Source of the DNA: Felis catus
Lineage: Eukaryota
Reading direction: 5' to 3'
NCBI RefSeq assembly: GCF_018350175.1
Contig: NC_058368.1
Coordinates: 23,872,001 to 23,936,000 of the forward strand
DNA length: 64,000 nucleotides
In this document: piece by piece, positions 49,820-63,605 of the stretch
Layout: each line of letters begins with the position of its first letter
Numbering within the stretch: position 1 is the stretch's first letter
Notes under the pieces: model-generated
The model's input: the letters and a program-made list of their open reading frames with translations, nothing else
Databases searched by the model: none
Told to the model about the DNA's origin: nothing
Position numbers and translations under genes: made by a program

Positions 49820-50470
49820 ATTTAAATGAACAACTTAATACTGAGCAACCAAGTGGGTCAATGAAACAATCAAAGAAGAAATTAAAAAAAAAAAATACAC
49901 GGAGATATAGGAGAACACAATTGTTCCAAAATCTTTGGGACACAGTGAAAGCACTTCTAAGATGAAAACATATAGCCATATAGGCCTCATTCAAAAAAAC
50001 AAGAAAAAGCTCAAATAATCTAACCTTACACCTAAAGGAACTAGAACAGAACAAATGAATCCCACGGTAAGTAGAAAGAAGTAAATAATAAAGATTAGAC
50101 CAGGAATAAATGACATAATAAGAATCAATTTCTTTGAAAAAATAAACAAAATTGATAACCCTTAGCCAGATTCATCAAGAGAAAAACCCCAAATAAATAA
50201 AATCAGAAATGAGAGAGGCAAAAATGGACACCACAGAAATGCAAAGCATTATAAGAGATTACTGTGAAAACTTATATAACAATAAACTGGACAACCTAAA
50301 AGAATAGGTAAATCCCGCAAAACATAAAATCTTCTAAACTGAATTAAGAAGAAATATAAAAGCTGAACAGACTGATTACATCCAACAAAGTAGAACTGGT
50401 CCTCAAAAATCGACCAAAAAATAAAAGTCCAGGACTAGACAGATACACATGAGAATTCTACATACATTTC
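49820..50470 (+). mobile_element. Internal L1 ORF2 fragment (EN-RT linker)
   Basis: CAAAATCTTTGGGACACAG, AATAATCTAACCTTACACCTAAAGGAACTAGAA, AAAAGTCCAGGACTAGAC. Confidence 0.85.
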
Positions 50471-50806
50471 AAATTTGCTAGGATTAAAGATTTCAGAGGA
50501 GGATGACAGAGTAGGAAGATCCTAGGCTTACCTCATCCCCCGGATATACCTAGGTAACACATTAATGTAAATAAACCAGAAAACCACCCAAAGACTGGCA
50601 GAACAGTCTCCTTACAGCTAATCATACAGAAGAGGCCACATTAAAAAAGGTAGGAATGGCAGAGACATGGATGGGAATCAAGGTGACCTGCAAGACTGTC
50701 TGCAGTCAGGAGGGACACTGCTAAGCATGGAGAAAGGAGAAGAACAGACCACACAACAGGCACCTGAGGCATGGGAGACCTGCAGTGGGAAGATGAATCC
50801 CCATAA

Positions 50807-51093
50807 GGTTACAGAACCTGGTCTGGATCACCCAGAGCAAGAACAGTGGCACTTGGAGATCTTGGAAGGCAGGAGGTTTATTTTACACCAGTGGGCTCAG
50901 AAGAGATCACTCTGTTTCCCTAGCATAAGCAGAGGCAACAATTTATCATCTGTTACTTATGCATTCCTCATAGTAATTTGGTCCACTCAGCAAGTGGGGT
51001 AGGAACAAGAACCCAAAAGGGGAATCTTTGGTCAGGGACTCGAGTTTCCCTATTAGTGCTGTCGGCCATCTTGTAACAGATTTTTCCCTATCA
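50807..51093 (-). mobile_element. Probable ERV solo LTR (287 bp) inside the L1 5'UTR
   Basis: Interrupts CCCCATAA|CATTTGG with a 4-bp duplication ATAA (50803-50806, 51094-51097); minus strand starts TGATAGGG, has AATAAA (50882-50877) about 70 bp from the end and ends GTAACC (CA expected). Confidence 0.7.
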
Positions 51094-53550
51094 ATAACAT
51101 TTGGCTTTGAAGGCCAGATGGGCTTACCATGGTGAGCTTTTACAACCAACAGAGCTTAACAATTGGAGCTTTAAAAATCAGCTAGCTTTGCTCTGTGAGA
51201 GCCAGAGGGTGATAGGAGACTGAGTCCCTGTCCTTAAAGATACATCATAACCAATAGCCCAACTGAGACATGGCATGGAAGAAGCAGTTTGAAAAACGCC
51301 TGGGGTACACAGGGAAGACTATTATTTACTAATCTCAGAAGGTGTGCTGGAGGAGCAAGCATCTTTAGGAGACTTCTCCAAGAACAGAAGAGCTGGAATG
51401 CATTTCCATTCTCTACCCCTCAGCCTATGTAAGCAGACATTTGCAGGATCTAGCACAGCGTGAACATCTACCTTGCTAACAGTGCAACCTACCTCCATCT
51501 ACTCCTGTAGATGTCCAACCCACCCTCAGCAGTTCTCCAGGCTGTGACATTTTCCTCCGAAAACGTACCAGGGCAAATTTTGCAAAGAGTAAGTGCCCCA
51601 CCCCCACACTCTTCTGCAGACTCACCCCCTCCAACCTGTGCCAGGCAGGAGTTCATCCAAAGTACTGCCAGAAGTCTGGCATTGTGCAAACAGCCCCAAC
51701 AAGGGCCAGCATCACTCCAGAGTGACTCCTGCCCTGGGGAGTGGGTAAAATATCCACACACACCAGTTTGACTACAGCCTCAGCAGTGGGCTGAGTGCAG
51801 ACATCTGGTCTGACTGCAGGCCCCAAAGTCCAACAAGACCCCCAAGGCCAACCCAGAGAGAGTGCCCTGCAGTTTGGTCTTACTACAGCTCTGACAAAAG
51901 CTTGGTCTGACACAACTCAAGCCCAAGGAAGCCCCACTCTGGCCCACTTACAAAACAGGGACCAAACCCTGCCCACAACAGGCAAAGAAAGCCATTGTGA
52001 CTGAACTAAAGGCAAAAATGAAGCAGTCACTACAGCTTGGCACATACAACACACTTTGAAGACACTCCAAGTACCAGGTTCTGGTGAACAGGGGGACATT
52101 GTACTTCAGGGCTCTACAGGACTTCTTCTTCATAAGGCCATTACTTTCAAGACCTGGAGATGTAGCTGACTTTCCTAACACAGAGAAACAAAGAGAGTCA
52201 CACAAAATGAGAAGACAGAATATGTTCCAAATGATGCAAGAGGAAAAAAATCACAGCAAGAGTGCTAAATGAAATAGATAAGTAATATGCTTGATAGAGA
52301 GTTTAAATGGTCATACAGTCACTCAAGGGACTGGAGAAATAAGTGGAGGACCTCAGTGAGATCCTTTACAAAGAGACAGAAAACATAAACAAGAACCAAT
52401 CATAGACACAAAGAACTCAATAACTGAAATTAAAAACATATGGGGTGGAATAAATAGACTAGAGGAAACAGAAAGGATAAAAGACCTGGAGGACAGAGTA
52501 ATGGAAACCAATTAATCTGAAAAGAGAAAGAAAAAGTGTTAATAAAAAATGGGAATACATTAAGGAAACTCAGAAACACCATCAAGCCTAAGACCATTAA
52601 CAACATTATAGGGATCTCAGAAAAAGAGAGAGAAAAAGAGGCAGAAAACTTATTTAAATAAATAATAGTTGAAAACTTCCCTAATCTGGGAAAGCAAACA
52701 GATATCCAGATCACAGAGATGATGTACAGAGAGCCCCCAATAAAATCAACCTGAAGAGGTCTACATGAAGACACATAGTAATTAAAATGGCAAAAAGTAG
52801 TCATAAAGAGAGAATTTTAAAAGCAGCAAGAGAAAAGAGTTACATATAGGGAAACCCCATAGGCTGATCAGCTAGATTTCCAGCACAAACTTTGTAGACC
52901 AGAAAGGAGTGGCACGATATATTCAAAGTGCTGAAAGAAAAACATCTGTAGCCAAGAATGCTCTATCCAGCAAGGCTATCACATTCAGAATAGAAGGAGA
53001 GACAAAGAGCTTCCTAGCCAACCAAAAGTTAAAGGAATTCATGGTGACTAATCTAGCCCTACAAGAACTTTTAAAGGGAGTAGAAAGACTGTATACAGAA
53101 AAAAGTAGGAAACACAAAAGCAGTAAAAAGAAGATCTATAAAAAAACCAGTCAAAGGATTCACAAAATAAAAGGATGTAAAATATGACACCATATGCCTA
53201 AAATGTGGGAGGAAGAAGAAAAAAGTATGGGTTCAAATTTAAGAAACCACCAACTTCATATAGACTGCTATATGCAGATGTTATATACAAACCTAAGTGT
53301 AACAAGTCAAAACCCAGGAATAGGTAAAAAATAAAGAGCAAGGAATCCAAATATATCACTAATTAAGCTAACGAAAAGCTAATGAGAGAAAAGAGGAGAA
53401 GGAATTGACAAGAACTACAAAAACAACCATGAAACAAGTAATAGAATGGCAATAAGCAAATCCTATCAATAATTACTTTGAATGAAAATGGAATATATAC
53501 TCCAGTAAAAAGACAAAGGGTGAGGAATAGATTAAAAACTAAGATCTGTT

Positions 53551-53796
53551 GGGAGTACCCAGGTGGCTCAGTCAGTTAAGCATCCAACTCTTGATTTCAG
53601 CTCGGCTCATGATTGTATGGTTCTTGAGTTTAAGCTCAGTTTTGGGCTCTAAGATGATGGTGTGGAGCCTGCTTGGGATCTCCGTGTCTGTCTGTCTGTC
53701 TCTCTCTCTCCCCCTTTCTTCCCCCTGCCCCTCTGCCCTCCATCCAATGGCACTTCCTCTGTCTCAAAATAAATAAAACAAATTTAAAAAAAAAAA
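53551..53796 (+). mobile_element. Can-SINE inserted at the start of the L1 ORF2
   Basis: CCCAGGTGGCTCAGTCAGTTAAGCATCCAACTCTTGATTTCAGCTC; degenerate TSD CTAAGATCTGTT / CTAAAACCTGTT. Confidence 0.92.
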
Positions 53797-56700
53797 CCCT
53801 AAAACCTGTTTATACATTGCCTACAAGAAATTCATTTCAGACCCAAAGACATAGCAAACTGAAAGTGAAGGAATGGAAAAGTATTTATCATGCAAATCAA
53901 GAAAGCAGAGGTAGCAATACTTCTATTAGACAAAACAGACCAAGACAAAGACTGTAACAAGACAAAGAAGGATGCTATATAATCATAAAGGAACAATCCA
54001 ACAAGGATTATAACATTTATAAATATTTATGCACCCGAATACACAAAGCAGTTAATAACAAACACGAAGGAAGTAGTAATACATAATAGGAAGGGACTTA
54101 AACACCCCACTTACATCAATAGGTAGATCATCCAAAAAGAACATTAACAAGGGAACAATGGCTTTGAGTGACACATTGTACCATATTGATTTAACAAATA
54201 TATTCTAGAACATTCCATCTTAAAACAAGAGAATACACATTCTTCTCAAGGGGACATGGAACATTTTCCAGAATAGATCACATAATAGAGTATACAACAT
54301 GTCTTAACAAACTCAAAAAAATCAATCATACCATGCATCTTTTCTGACCACAATGTTATGAAACTAGTTATCAACCATATGAAAAAATCTGGGAAGACAC
54401 AAATGCACAGTGGTTAAATAACACACTACTAAACAATAAATGGGTCAACCAAGAAATCAAACAGAAAAAAAAAATACATGGAGACAGATGGTAATGAAAA
54501 CACAATGGTTCCAAATCTTTGAGATGCAGCAACACCAATTCTAAGAGGGAAGTTTATAGCAACACAGGTCTACATCAAGATGCAAGAAAAGTCTCAAACA
54601 ACCTAATCTCACACCTAAAGGATATATAAAAATATCAAACAAAACCAAAAACCAGGAGGAAGGAAATAATAGATTAGAACAGAATAAATGAAATAGAAAA
54701 AAATACAATAGAACAGATTAATCAAACTAGGAATTGATTCTTTGGAATGATCAAGCAAACTGATAAACCTTTAGCCAGATTAATGAGAGAGACAAAGAGG
54801 GAGAGGGGGAAGAAAGAGTGTGGAACTCAAACAAAATCAGAAATAGAAGAACATTGATAGCATAGAAATACAAATGATCATAAAAGATTATGAAAAATTA
54901 TATGCCAACAAACTGTACACATATAAATAAATACATTGCTAGAAACATATAACCTCCCAAAATTATATGAGGAAGAAACAGAGTATTTGAACGTACCGAT
55001 TACCAGCAATGAATTGAACCAGGAATCAAAAAACTTACAACAAACAAAAGTCCAGAACTAGACATCTTCATTTTCACAGGTAAATTCTACAAAGCATTTA
55101 AAAAGGTATTAATCTATTCTCGAAATATTCCAAAAAAAATCTACGAGGAAGGAGTGCTTCCAAATTCATTCTATGAGGACATCATGACCCTGATACCAAA
55201 ATGAGACAAAGATGTCACACACACACACACACAAACTACAAGTCAATATCCCTGACAAACACAGATACAAAAAGTCTCAACAAAATAAATACCAGCAAAC
55301 CGAATCCAACAATACATTTAAAAAATCACTCATCACAATCAAGTGTGAATTATTCCTGGAACGCAAGGGTGGTTAATATTCATAAATCAGTCAATATGAC
55401 ACATCACATCAGTAAAAGAAAGGATAAAAACTGTATAATTGTCTCGATAGACACAGAAAAAGTGTATGACTAAATACAACATCCATTCATGGCAAAAACC
55501 CTCAACAAGATAGGTTTAGAGGGAACACACGCCAACACAAAAAAGGCCATACATGAAAAACCCATAGCTACCATCATACTTAATTGTGAAAATCTGACAG
55601 TTTCCTCCTAAGATCCACTCTCACCACTTTTATTTAACATAGTACTGGAAGTCCTAGCCACAGCAATCAGATAGCAAAAAGAAATAAAAGACATCCAAAT
55701 TGGTAAGGAAGAAGTAAAACCGTCAGTATTCACAGAAGACATGATACTATATATAGAAAACGTGAAATATTCCACCAAAAACTACTAGAACTAATACATG
55801 AATTCAGAAAGGCCGAAGGATACAAAATCAATGCAAACACACCCACTGCATTTCTATACGATAATGAAGTAGCAGGAAGAGAAATTAATGAAACAGTTCC
55901 ATTTGCAATTGCACCAAAAATAAGATACCTAGGAATAAACTTTACTGAAGAGGTGAAAGACCTGTATTCTGAAAACTAGTAAACAATGATAAAAAACTGA
56001 GGATGACACAAATGAAAACATATTACATGATCATGGAGTGGGAAAACAAGTATTGTTAAAATGTCAATAATACGCAAAGCAATCTACCAATTTAATGCAA
56101 TCCCTATCGAAATTCCAAAAGTATTTTTCACAGAACTAGAACAAATACTAAAATTTGTGTGACATCACAAAAGACACCAAATAGACAACGCTATCTTGAA
56201 AAATAAGAACCCCAACAGGTATATCATTTTTTTCAAACTCTGTTATAGAGAGCTAACCCTGACACTCCTCTATGTATGTATAGCCTGGTCAGGACACCAC
56301 TGCCACGAATCCTGACTCTTGATGCTGAGCCTGGCATAAACACCATGAAGCAGTGGTTGGTCATCATTATCGTGCTGATAAATATTTAAAAACTGGCCAT
56401 CCAATAAAAAACATTTTATCACACACACATACACACTATCTATTAGAAAATACAATGAAATAGAGACTTATGAGTTTTGAATGTTTTTCCAAGTTCAAAA
56501 TTTCATGAGGAGTATCTTAGGTAACATGCCAGGACTCATTCTGCCAGAGTTTCGCCTATCTAGAAAGAGAGGTCCTTGTACCCACCACAAATCACACAAA
56601 AGCCTATTTCTGAACATAGAAAGAGCTACTGGATCAGCTGCTGGATCACATAAATAAGAAAGGAAGTGTCTACTATAAATGACTAGCAATTTAACAGATA

Positions 56701-57514
56701 AACAAGCAGAGGCTGGGGTAGAACAGCCCAGGGACAACAGACTTTGAAGCAGAGGAAATGGCCTTTGCAAACCTAGAGGCATGAAAATGGCAAAGAAATC
56801 ATCTGTGTGCTTGGAAAGCTGTGAGAAACTTAATGTTGCCAGCTGGTGAACTTCTTAGCTTTGGAGACTTTTTTGTCTTTCTGGCTATTGAGAAGACCAA
56901 TAATAACCCTCACCTTTTACTAAATTCACATTACGGAGAAAGTAAAACCAATGGCTTAGTGCCATGTACCAACGAATCAAGACACAGTCAACTTTGAGTT
57001 GAGAAGGATTATCAGATATTTGATAAGACCCCATGGAAGGAAGATTTAGTGGACTTGTGGTTCACATTCCATAAGTAAACTGAACAAGAATGTGTCACAT
57101 AGGAAGGAAACTTGACCTTCTCAATCTCACTAATGTACAAGTAATAATAATCAAGAGCATAGACTAAGTGATTACTATATATTAGGCAAATGAGTAAATA
57201 CCTTTCATATATTATTTCCTTTTTACTTTCAATGTATCACTTCCTCACTAATGACAGCAATCATGAGAGGTTGACATCTCTATAAAAAATACTAAGGTGT
57301 TCAGAACAAAGGTGTTTAGTAACTTACTCCCACCTCCAACCTCAGCCCCCAGGGGAGTTTGCTTTTACAAACAGGAAGGCAAGTATCAAGCAAAACATAA
57401 CACATAAGACTTGACTAGGTAGTGGTTGAAAAGATCTATGTAGACAGGTGGAATTCTTCTATTTCTCAGATTATGTGATATAGGTGACAAAGGATATATA
57501 ATTGGCTCTACCTC

Positions 57515-57765
57515 TTGATATAGTATAGTGGTAAATACTAAAACCCTTATGGCTAGGCTGCTTGGATTTAAAGCTGAGCCCTGTCTCTTTATGGCTGTGA
57601 AGACTTGGACATAATCTCCCTGAGCCTCAGTTTCTTCTTTTGCCAAACTAGGACATAGTATCCCTTCCCTCCTAACACTGTCAGGAGAATGAAATTAAAT
57701 GATTTAAATGAAATGTTTAGCACAGTGTCTGGCATGTAGGATGCGTTCAAAAAATTAATTATCAT
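57515..57765 (+). mobile_element. MIR (MIRb-like), near full length
   Basis: TAGTGGTAAA...CCCTGAGCCTCAGTTTCTTC...GTTTAGCACAGTGTCTGGCATGTAG. Confidence 0.8.
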
Positions 57766-60370
57766 TCATCCTACTTTGTTTTAAACTAATTGAACTGAGT
57801 AAGGCTTTTCATCTCATGTCCATTACTTAATATAAGAGGCTTGTGGAAACAAAAGGAAACCTAGGTACACACTAAGGTGATTTAATTTTACAATTCCATA
57901 CGCCACTATCCAGCCCTTCTGAATCACTTAGTCATAGTTTTTCCCTGAGTTACTGGGTAGTTGGTTGACATTCTTTCACTCATGTTTAATGGAATCGCAG
58001 TTCTTGTAAAACATTATAAATATTCAGGACATCAAGAAACAACAACAGACTGGAAAAATTCTGATTTCTGTAGATCTTTAAATCATTAAGTAGATTTGAA
58101 GTAATTTCCGAAGTGTTTACAGCTGCTGTGATTTCTCTGCCTAGTCAGAATATTTCTAGGCTGAAAAGGATATGTTTTGCTAGGTCATCCCCAAACCAAT
58201 GAGACATTGGATACTAAATAGACAGTAACATCAATGAATGCAATACCTACACTTTAGCAGCAGTTCAAGATAGGAGGTGGACACTTGTGGATATAAGAAT
58301 CTGAAGGAGGAAGATTGTCTTATGCTTTATGGGCATACAAGATAATTCAATTGTCCAGGTGTTTACTCTGTAAATACAGAAATCAAGAAATATCCTTGAC
58401 CAGTAACAAAATGAGATGATCTAGAAAGCTAAATCACCAAAATGCAATCTTCAAATAATCCAGGAGACCAAGAAGAGGTCCTAATCATCTGTCATAACAG
58501 TGACCTACTTTACTTCCTAACATATTTTTTTCCTCCAAATATTATTCGTTTCCTTTCCCCATTGACTTAATTTCTGGAGAGGGTTTCTGAGAAGTCAAAA
58601 TGCTAGCAGGTACAAAAATCAGCTCTGAGGAGCTTTGGGAATTTCGTCTCTCAGGTAGATTTATCTCCAAAAGAATACCCAGAAGAAGGAGCTATAGAGC
58701 TACACTGGAGATGGAACATGAATATGAAGATTAGGATAGAGACATCTGCCTCTGGAGGTTCTCAAAGAGTTTACACAAACAGAATCTTGATATGTCACTC
58801 TGAATTCCACAAATTACAAATGTTTCCAATATTCTCTATAGATTTTCCAGGGCCATACGGTGTTTTGAATAAGGTGCAATATTAATATGTCATGTTGTGC
58901 TATGATGCATCAGACCCACCTTGCCTAAGCATAAATGCTATATGCTTGGCCTTTTGCAAGAGATAAAATATTAGGAACACGCTTATACATGGTAAGGGTA
59001 GAGATAGATTTCTGGTTTTTGGCCTGACATCTCAAGAGCTTGGAAGTCCTATACCATCCTCACAACAGTGACAACAAAAACTAAACAAACTGAAAATCAA
59101 GTAATTCTTCTTAGAGAACTGATGTCACAGGGCAAACTACTCTGCAGGAAATGACAGAGAGAGGTGGAGAATATCATTACTGGGAGCAGAAACCCCCACG
59201 TGGAGCCGGTATTGTAGGAAAATAAGTTTTGTAGGCTCACTGTAGACTAATTTGAGAGTTAAATATGCTAGAGGGGCCCCCAAGTTTCATGAATTTTAGA
59301 CTTCCAGCGGGTTTGCATTATGAAGATCAAAGAAAAATCACCTCTTGCTTCTGGCAGGGGGAAGGGGAAAGTAACCCTTTAAAACAATACACCTAGAGCA
59401 TGCTATTCTCCTTAACAAAGTCTTACCCTCAAAGGACAGTATTTTCTAAAAGTTAATTGACTTAGGGGAAATCCTCATCTCCATGGCCCACTATCTTCAA
59501 TGTTCCATAAGGGTAATACCCAAATTCAGCCCATCTAGCTTACTTCTCTCCCCTAAGAGCAGTGGAGAGGAGAAGCACTTGTGAAGATCAAAGGCCAAAG
59601 ACAGGAGCTCACAAAGAGACTGAGATCTAATCATGAAATTATAGAATGCTTCCCCTACCTCCACCCTTTATCACCACAGTAATAGGGCTCCTGTATAATA
59701 ACAGAGTACAGCTAAAAGATCTTCAAGTCTCAAAAATATAAATGAGGAAATATCTGCTGAAAACAAAGATAAAAAGGAAGAAAACACAAGAATATTAGAA
59801 AAAAAAAACTTACTCTGTATTCTCTCATATCATAGCTAGATCAGTCAACAGGGTCCAAATCCTAGCCAGATAAACATAAAACCTCACACTGTATGCATGT
59901 TTACTTCAGTTCTTTTTACTAGATACATCAGGGCTGGGATGCCATAAAAAAATTACAGGGCATGATAATGCTACAAGCTATGTATGAAGAGGCAAAGGAA
60001 ACATCATAACAAGACGCAAACATGGGGCAAGCATTGGAATTATCAAAGTCAGGATTTTATACAATTATGGTTAATATGCTAAGGGATCTAATGGAAAAAG
60101 TTGCATCAGTGAACATATAGATGGAAACTCTAAGAATCAAAAGGAACTGTTATTTTTTTTTGTTACTAACAAAATAAAAATACCTTCATTGACTCATCAA
60201 TAAATGGAACACAGGTAAGGAAATAATCAGTAAGCTTGTGTATGCATCGACAGAAACTTGCCAAATTCAAAGGAAATAGAAGAAAAAAATTAAAAACAAA
60301 GAAAATTCCCTGTGGGACAATTATAAAAGATGGAACAAATGCAAAATGGGAATACCAGAAAGAGAAAAGG

Positions 60371-60373
<3 letters not shown>

Positions 60374-60433
<60 letters not shown>

Positions 60434-60507
60434 TTTTGAAATAATGGTGTCTGATAATTTCCCAGAATTAATGAAAGGAAGGAAGGAAGGAAGGAAAGAA
60501 GGAAGGG
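60374..60507. repeat. (TA)n microsatellite plus T tract, followed by (GGAA)n
   Basis: Read directly: TA run about 60374-60424, GGAA run about 60477-60507. Confidence 0.95.
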
Positions 60508-61790
60508 AAAGTAAATTAGTTAAACACCTGAGAATATCATAGTCAAACTGCGGAAAATCAAAAACAAAGATAAAATCTTGAAAGAACTCAGAGGGAAAAC
60601 AAACATCTTACCCAGAAAGAAGCAAGTATAAGAATTATATTGATGATTTCTTCAGAAACCAATGAAACAAGAACATAATGGAGTGAATTTTAGGTCAAGC
60701 ACTAAAATAGTAAAAGCGTTAAAAGAAGTATAATTAATATGTGAAGTGAGGAGGGACAAGTGAATCATAAAATGTTGAATCAGAATCAGAGAAGGCAGGA
60801 AAACAAAGAACCAAAAATAAAGAACAAGGGCAATCAACAGAAAATAGTTATAAATATGCTATCTATTGAACCAACTATGTTGATAATCACTTGATATGTA
60901 CAAAGTATACCAATTAATAGATTGAGTGGATTTAAAAAACTTACATTTTATCTTCAAGAAATTCACTCTAAAAATAAAGACATAGATAAGTGAAAAGTAA
61001 AGAAATAGAAAAAGCTATACCATGCTAACCCTAATCAAAAGAAACCTGGAGTAGGTATATGAATTTCAGACAAAGCCAAGTCCAAAATAAGGAAAGTTAT
61101 CAGAGATAAAAAGGGGCATTACATAATGATAAAGGCATCAAATCTCCAAGAAGACAACAAGGTTAGATGTGAATGTGCCTAACAACAGAGTGTCAAATTA
61201 CGTGGGGCAAAACTTATAAAACTACAAGGAGAAATAGACAAATACACTGTTATAGATGAAGATTTTGACAGCTCGTCATCAGTAATTGACAAATCTAGCA
61301 GGCACAACATAAGAACACAGCTGAGCTGAATAACACCATCAACCAACTAGATTTTATTGGAATTTACAGAATCCTTCATGAAATAACAAAACACACATTC
61401 CTCTCAAACTCATGTGACATTCACCAAGATAGAGGATATTCTGGGCCACAAAACATATTTTTTTAACAAATTTGAAAGAAATCACATAATGCATATTCTC
61501 AGATCACAGTGTAACTAAACTAGAAATCAGTAACAGGAAAAAAGATGGAAAAATAACAAGCTATTTGGAGATTAAGCAACAATTTCTAAATAACACATGA
61601 ATCAAAGATGCCTCAAAATAAATATAAAAATAACTAAATTAAGAATGCAACTTATCAAAAGTTGTGATATGTAGCAAAAACCATGCTAAAAGGGAAATCT
61701 ATAGCACTGGATGCATTTGTTAGAAATGAAGAAAGATCAAAAGTCAATAATCTGTCACCTTAAGAAACTAGAAAAATAAGTGAAATATGA

Positions 61791-63605
61791 ATGCTAAGTA
61801 AGCAAAAGAAAACCAACATTAAAATGAGAACAAAAATCTTATTTGAAAACATGAAAATCATAGTGTTGGAAGTTCTAGCATCAGCAATCAGCCAACAAAA
61901 GGAAATCAAAGGCATCAAAATTGACAAAGATGAAGTCAAGCTTTCACTTTTTGCAGATGACATGATATTATACATGGGAAATCCGACAGACTCCACCAGA
62001 AGTCTGCTAGAACTGATACATGAATTTAGCAAAGTTTCAGGATACAAAATCAATGTACAGAAATCAGTTGCATTCTTATACACTAATAATGAAGCAACAG
62101 AAAGACAAATAAAGAAACTGATCCTATTCACAATTGCACCAAGAAGCATAAAATACCTAGGAATACATCTAACCAAAGATGTACAAGATCTGTATGCTGA
62201 AAACTACAGAAAGCTTATGAAGGAAATTGAAGAAGATATAAAGAAATGGAAAGACATTCCCTGCTCATGGATTGGAAGAATAAATATTGTCAAAATGTCA
62301 ATACTACCCAAAGCTATCTACACATTCAATGCAATCCCAATCAAAATTGCACCAGCATTCTTCTCAAAACTAGAACAAGCAATCCTAAAATTCATATGGA
62401 ACCACAAAAGGCCCCGAATAGCCAAAGGAATTTTGAAGAAGAAGACCAAAGCAGGAGGCATCACAATCCCTGACTTTAGCCTCTACTACAAAGCTGTAAT
62501 CATCAAGACAGCATGGTATTGGCACAAAAACAGACACATAGACCAATGGAATAGAATAGAGACTCCAGAACTGGACCCACAAACGTATGGCCAACTCATC
62601 TTTGACAAAGCAGGAAAGAACATCCAATGGAAAAAAGACAGTCTCTTTAACAAATGGTGCTGGGAGAACTGGACAGCAACATGCAGAAGATTGAAACTAG
62701 ACCACTTTCTCACATCATTCACAAAAATAAACCCAAAATGGATAAAGGACCTGAATGTGAGACAGGAAACCATCAATACCCTAGAGGAGAAAGCAGGAAA
62801 AGACCTCTCTGACCTCAGCCGTAGCAATTTCTTACTTGACACATCCCCAAAGGCAAGGGAATTGAAAGCAAAAATGAACTACTGGGACCTTATGAAGATA
62901 AAAAGCTTCTGCACAGCAAAGGAAACAACCAACAAAACTAAAAGGCAACCAACGGAATGGGAAAAGATATTTGCAAATGACATATCGGACAAAGGGCTAG
63001 TATCCAAAATCTATAAAGAGCTCACCAAACTCCACACCCGAAAAACAAATAACCCAGTGAAGAAATGGGCAGAAAACATGAATAGATACTTCTCTAAAGA
63101 AGACATCCGGATGGCCAACAGGCACATGAAAAGATGCTCAACGTCGCTCCTTATCAGGGAAATACAAATCAAAACCACACTCAGATATCACCTCACGCCA
63201 GTCAGAGTGGCCAAAATGAACAAATCAGGAGACTATAGATGCTGGAGAGGATGTGGAGAAACGGGAACCCTCTTGCACTGTTGGTGGGAATGCAAACTGG
63301 TGCAGCCACTCTGGAAAACAGTGTGGAGGTTTCTCAGAAAATTAAAAATAGACCTACCCTATGACCCAGCAATAGCACTGCTAGGAATTTACCCAAGGGA
63401 TACAGAAGTACTGATGCATAGGGGCACTTGTACCCCAATGTTTATAGCAGCACTCTCAACAATAGCCAAAGTATGGAAAGACCCTAAATGTCCATCAACT
63501 GACGAATGGATAAAGAAATTGTGGTTTATATACACAATGGAGTACTACGTGGCAATGAGAAAGAATGAAATATGGCCTTTTGCAGCAACGTGGATGGAAC
63601 TGTAG
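61791..63605 (+). pseudogene. 604-aa open frame: L1 ORF2p C-terminal half (late RT and CCHC) with a flank-derived N-terminus
   Basis: [61 protein letters not shown]; premature TAG about 25 codons before the natural stop at about 63680. Confidence 0.9.

Larger units (their letters stand above)
50495..56215 (+). mobile_element. Older carnivore L1 with 5'UTR, ORF1 (about 52207-53085) and ORF2 (about 53446-56215), 3'-truncated
   Basis: 5' end GAGGATGACAGAGTAGGAAGATCCTAGGCTTACCTC; ORF1 MRRQNMFQM and GAAAACTTCCCTAATCTGGG; ORF2 TTTTCTGACCACAAT and TTTAACATAGTACTGGAAGTCCTAGCC. Confidence 0.9.

Noticed and set aside
61791..63605. 604-aa reverse-transcriptase ORF as a novel or domesticated RT gene
   Set aside because: Collinear with L1 ORF2, followed by an L1 3'UTR and poly(A), and bounded by a TSD. 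It lacks EN and the early RT motifs, and there is no evidence of domestication.
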